From: Serinibacter salmoneus
GTDB lineage: Bacteria > Actinomycetota > Actinomycetes > Actinomycetales > Beutenbergiaceae
Assembly: GCF_002563925.1 (NCBI RefSeq)
Contig: NZ_PDJD01000001.1
Span: 788,973-812,972 of the forward strand
Direction: 5' to 3'
DNA length: 24,000 nucleotides
Below, one piece after another: positions 22,972 through 24,000 of this stretch. The position numbers were made by a program, and so were the translations under genes. The notes below the pieces were generated by a model. It was not told the origin of the DNA. It made no database searches and saw only the letters and a list, made by a program, of their open reading frames with translations. The first letter of the stretch is position 1. Each line of letters opens with the position of its first letter.

Positions 22972-24000
22972 GGATCCTGCAGGTCGCGAACTTCGTCTCG
23001 CCCCAGTCCGGCGGGATCCGCACGGCCCTGGCCGCGTGGGCCCGCCGGTACCAGGCGCTCGGGCACGAGGTGACGGCGCTGGTGCCCGAGGCCGGTGACG
23101 ACCCGGCGCAGTGGTGGCCCGAGCACCCCGACGCCCGCACGACCCCGGGGATGGCGGTGGGGGCCGGGTATCGCCTCATCACCGCGCAGGCCGAGGTGAT
23201 GCGTCTGGTGGACCGATGGCGCCCGGATGTCATCGAGCTCAGCGACCGCACCACCCTGCGGTGGTTGCCCGCCTGGGCCGCCTCCCGCGGCATCGCCTGC
23301 GTGATGGTGGCCCACGAGCACGTGCAGGACGTGCTGACCACCCGCGGGTTCTCCCGCGCGGTGAGCTGCGCCGTCGCGGACCTGGCGAACATGGGCGCCG
23401 GGCGTCGCGCCACCACGGTGGTCACCCCCAGTCGCTACGCGGCGCTGGAGCCCGCCCGGGTGGGCGTGCACGCCCGGGTGGTTCCCCTCGGGGTGGACAT
23501 CGAGGCGTTCCACCCGCGCCTGCGGGTGCACCCGGGGCGTGCGGGTGGGGGCGCGCCCGGCGCGCCCGGCACCCCGGGTGGCGGGCCGCTGCGGCTGGTG
23601 CACGTGGGGCGGCTGTCGAGGGAGAAGCGGCCCTGGCTCTCGATCGAGACCCTGCGCGCGTTGCTGCAGCGCGAGGTGGACGCCGAGCTCGTGGTGCTCG
23701 GCAGCGGTCCGCTGGCCGGTGACCTGGAGCGGCGCGCCGCCGGGTTGCCGGTGGAGTTCCTCGGGCACCGGCCCCGGGCGCAGGTCGCGGAGACGTTGGC
23801 CAACGCGGACGTGGCGCTCGCCCCGGCCCCGGCGGAGACCTTCGGCCTGGGCGCGCTGGAGGCCATGGCGTGCGGCACCCCGGTGGTGTGCAGCGACACC
23901 GGCGCGCTGCCGGAGGTCGTGGGCATCGGCGGCAGCCAGCGCGACGCGGACCCACGCCAGTTCGCCGCCGCCGCCCGCGCGCTCGCCGCGGACCCCGTGG
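22968..24000 (+). CDS. GT4-family glycosyltransferase, 3'-truncated by the window end
   Basis: This ORF is not in the track because it is open at the window edge. The ATG at 22968 overlaps the previous stop (ATGA). My hand translation is MRILQVANFVSPQSGGIRTALAAWARRYQALGHEV...VGRLSREKRP...APAPAETFGLGALEAMACGTPVVCSDTGALPEVV. It has a canonical EX7E motif. The frame is open to base 24000. Confidence 0.8.
   Translation, partial: MRILQVANFVSPQSGGIRTALAAWARRYQALGHEVTALVPEAGDDPAQWWPEHPDARTTPGMAVGAGYRLITAQAEVMRLVDRWRPDVIELSDRTTLRWLPAWAASRGIACVMVAHEHVQDVLTTRGFSRAVSCAVADLANMGAGRRATTVVTPSRYAALEPARVGVHARVVPLGVDIEAFHPRLRVHPGRAGGGAPGAPGTPGGGPLRLVHVGRLSREKRPWLSIETLRALLQREVDAELVVLGSGPLAGDLERRAAGLPVEFLGHRPRAQVAETLANADVALAPAPAETFGLGALEAMACGTPVVCSDTGALPEVVGIGGSQRDADPRQFAAAARALAADPV

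Noticed and set aside
17749-23768. Long minus-strand ORFs 17749..18765, 18633..19529, 18848..19639, 21844..22842 and 22662..23768
   Set aside because: All are antisense to the ABC transporter and glycosyltransferase genes, which carry unambiguous Walker, signature and GT4 motifs. The translations are Arg/Gly/Pro/His-rich shadows.
13682-24000. Integrated genomic island at the tRNA-Met gene
   Set aside because: There is no integrase, recombinase or phage/plasmid gene. I saw no downstream direct repeat of the tRNA 3' end and no visible compositional shift. Only the short upstream T-arm echo remains, and that is reported separately at low interest.

Overview
By eye this is a very high-G+C, densely coding actinobacterial chromosomal segment. 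I support 23 protein-coding regions (two truncated at the window edges, one a short upstream leader ORF) and one initiator tRNA-Met. I found no rRNA, CRISPR array, transposase, integrase or other mobile-element signature.

From memory, and not checked against any database, the left 13.5 kb matches the conserved actinobacterial block known in M. tuberculosis as Rv3193c-Rv3199c. Its order here is: phosphotransferase-like gene, nudC, mycoredoxin, uvrD2, whiB7 with its leader, an E1/ThiF-like protein, a DUF45/M48-like peptidase, a zincin-like protein, a PDZ-Lon protease, a small acidic protein and the large UPF0182 membrane protein.

After the tRNA come several translationally coupled units:
- an ECF sigma / zinc anti-sigma / disulfide-reductase operon
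- a convergent CDP-alcohol phosphatidyltransferase-TVP38/DedA pair
- a four-gene ABC importer
- two GT4 glycosyltransferases

I do not see a convincing brand-new system such as a defence island. The parts most worth a second look are:
- the unannotated whiB7 leader (uORF, alternative pairings, AT-rich promoter)
- an in-frame (CCGACA)x7 microsatellite inside whiB7
- a 13-bp tandem array in the mycoredoxin/uvrD2 divergent promoter
- an orphan RRE-plus-degenerate-E1 protein paired with peptidases
- the redox-type sigma/anti-sigma/reductase operon

Many long ORFs in the supplied track are antisense or off-frame shadows typical of high-GC DNA, and I rejected them.
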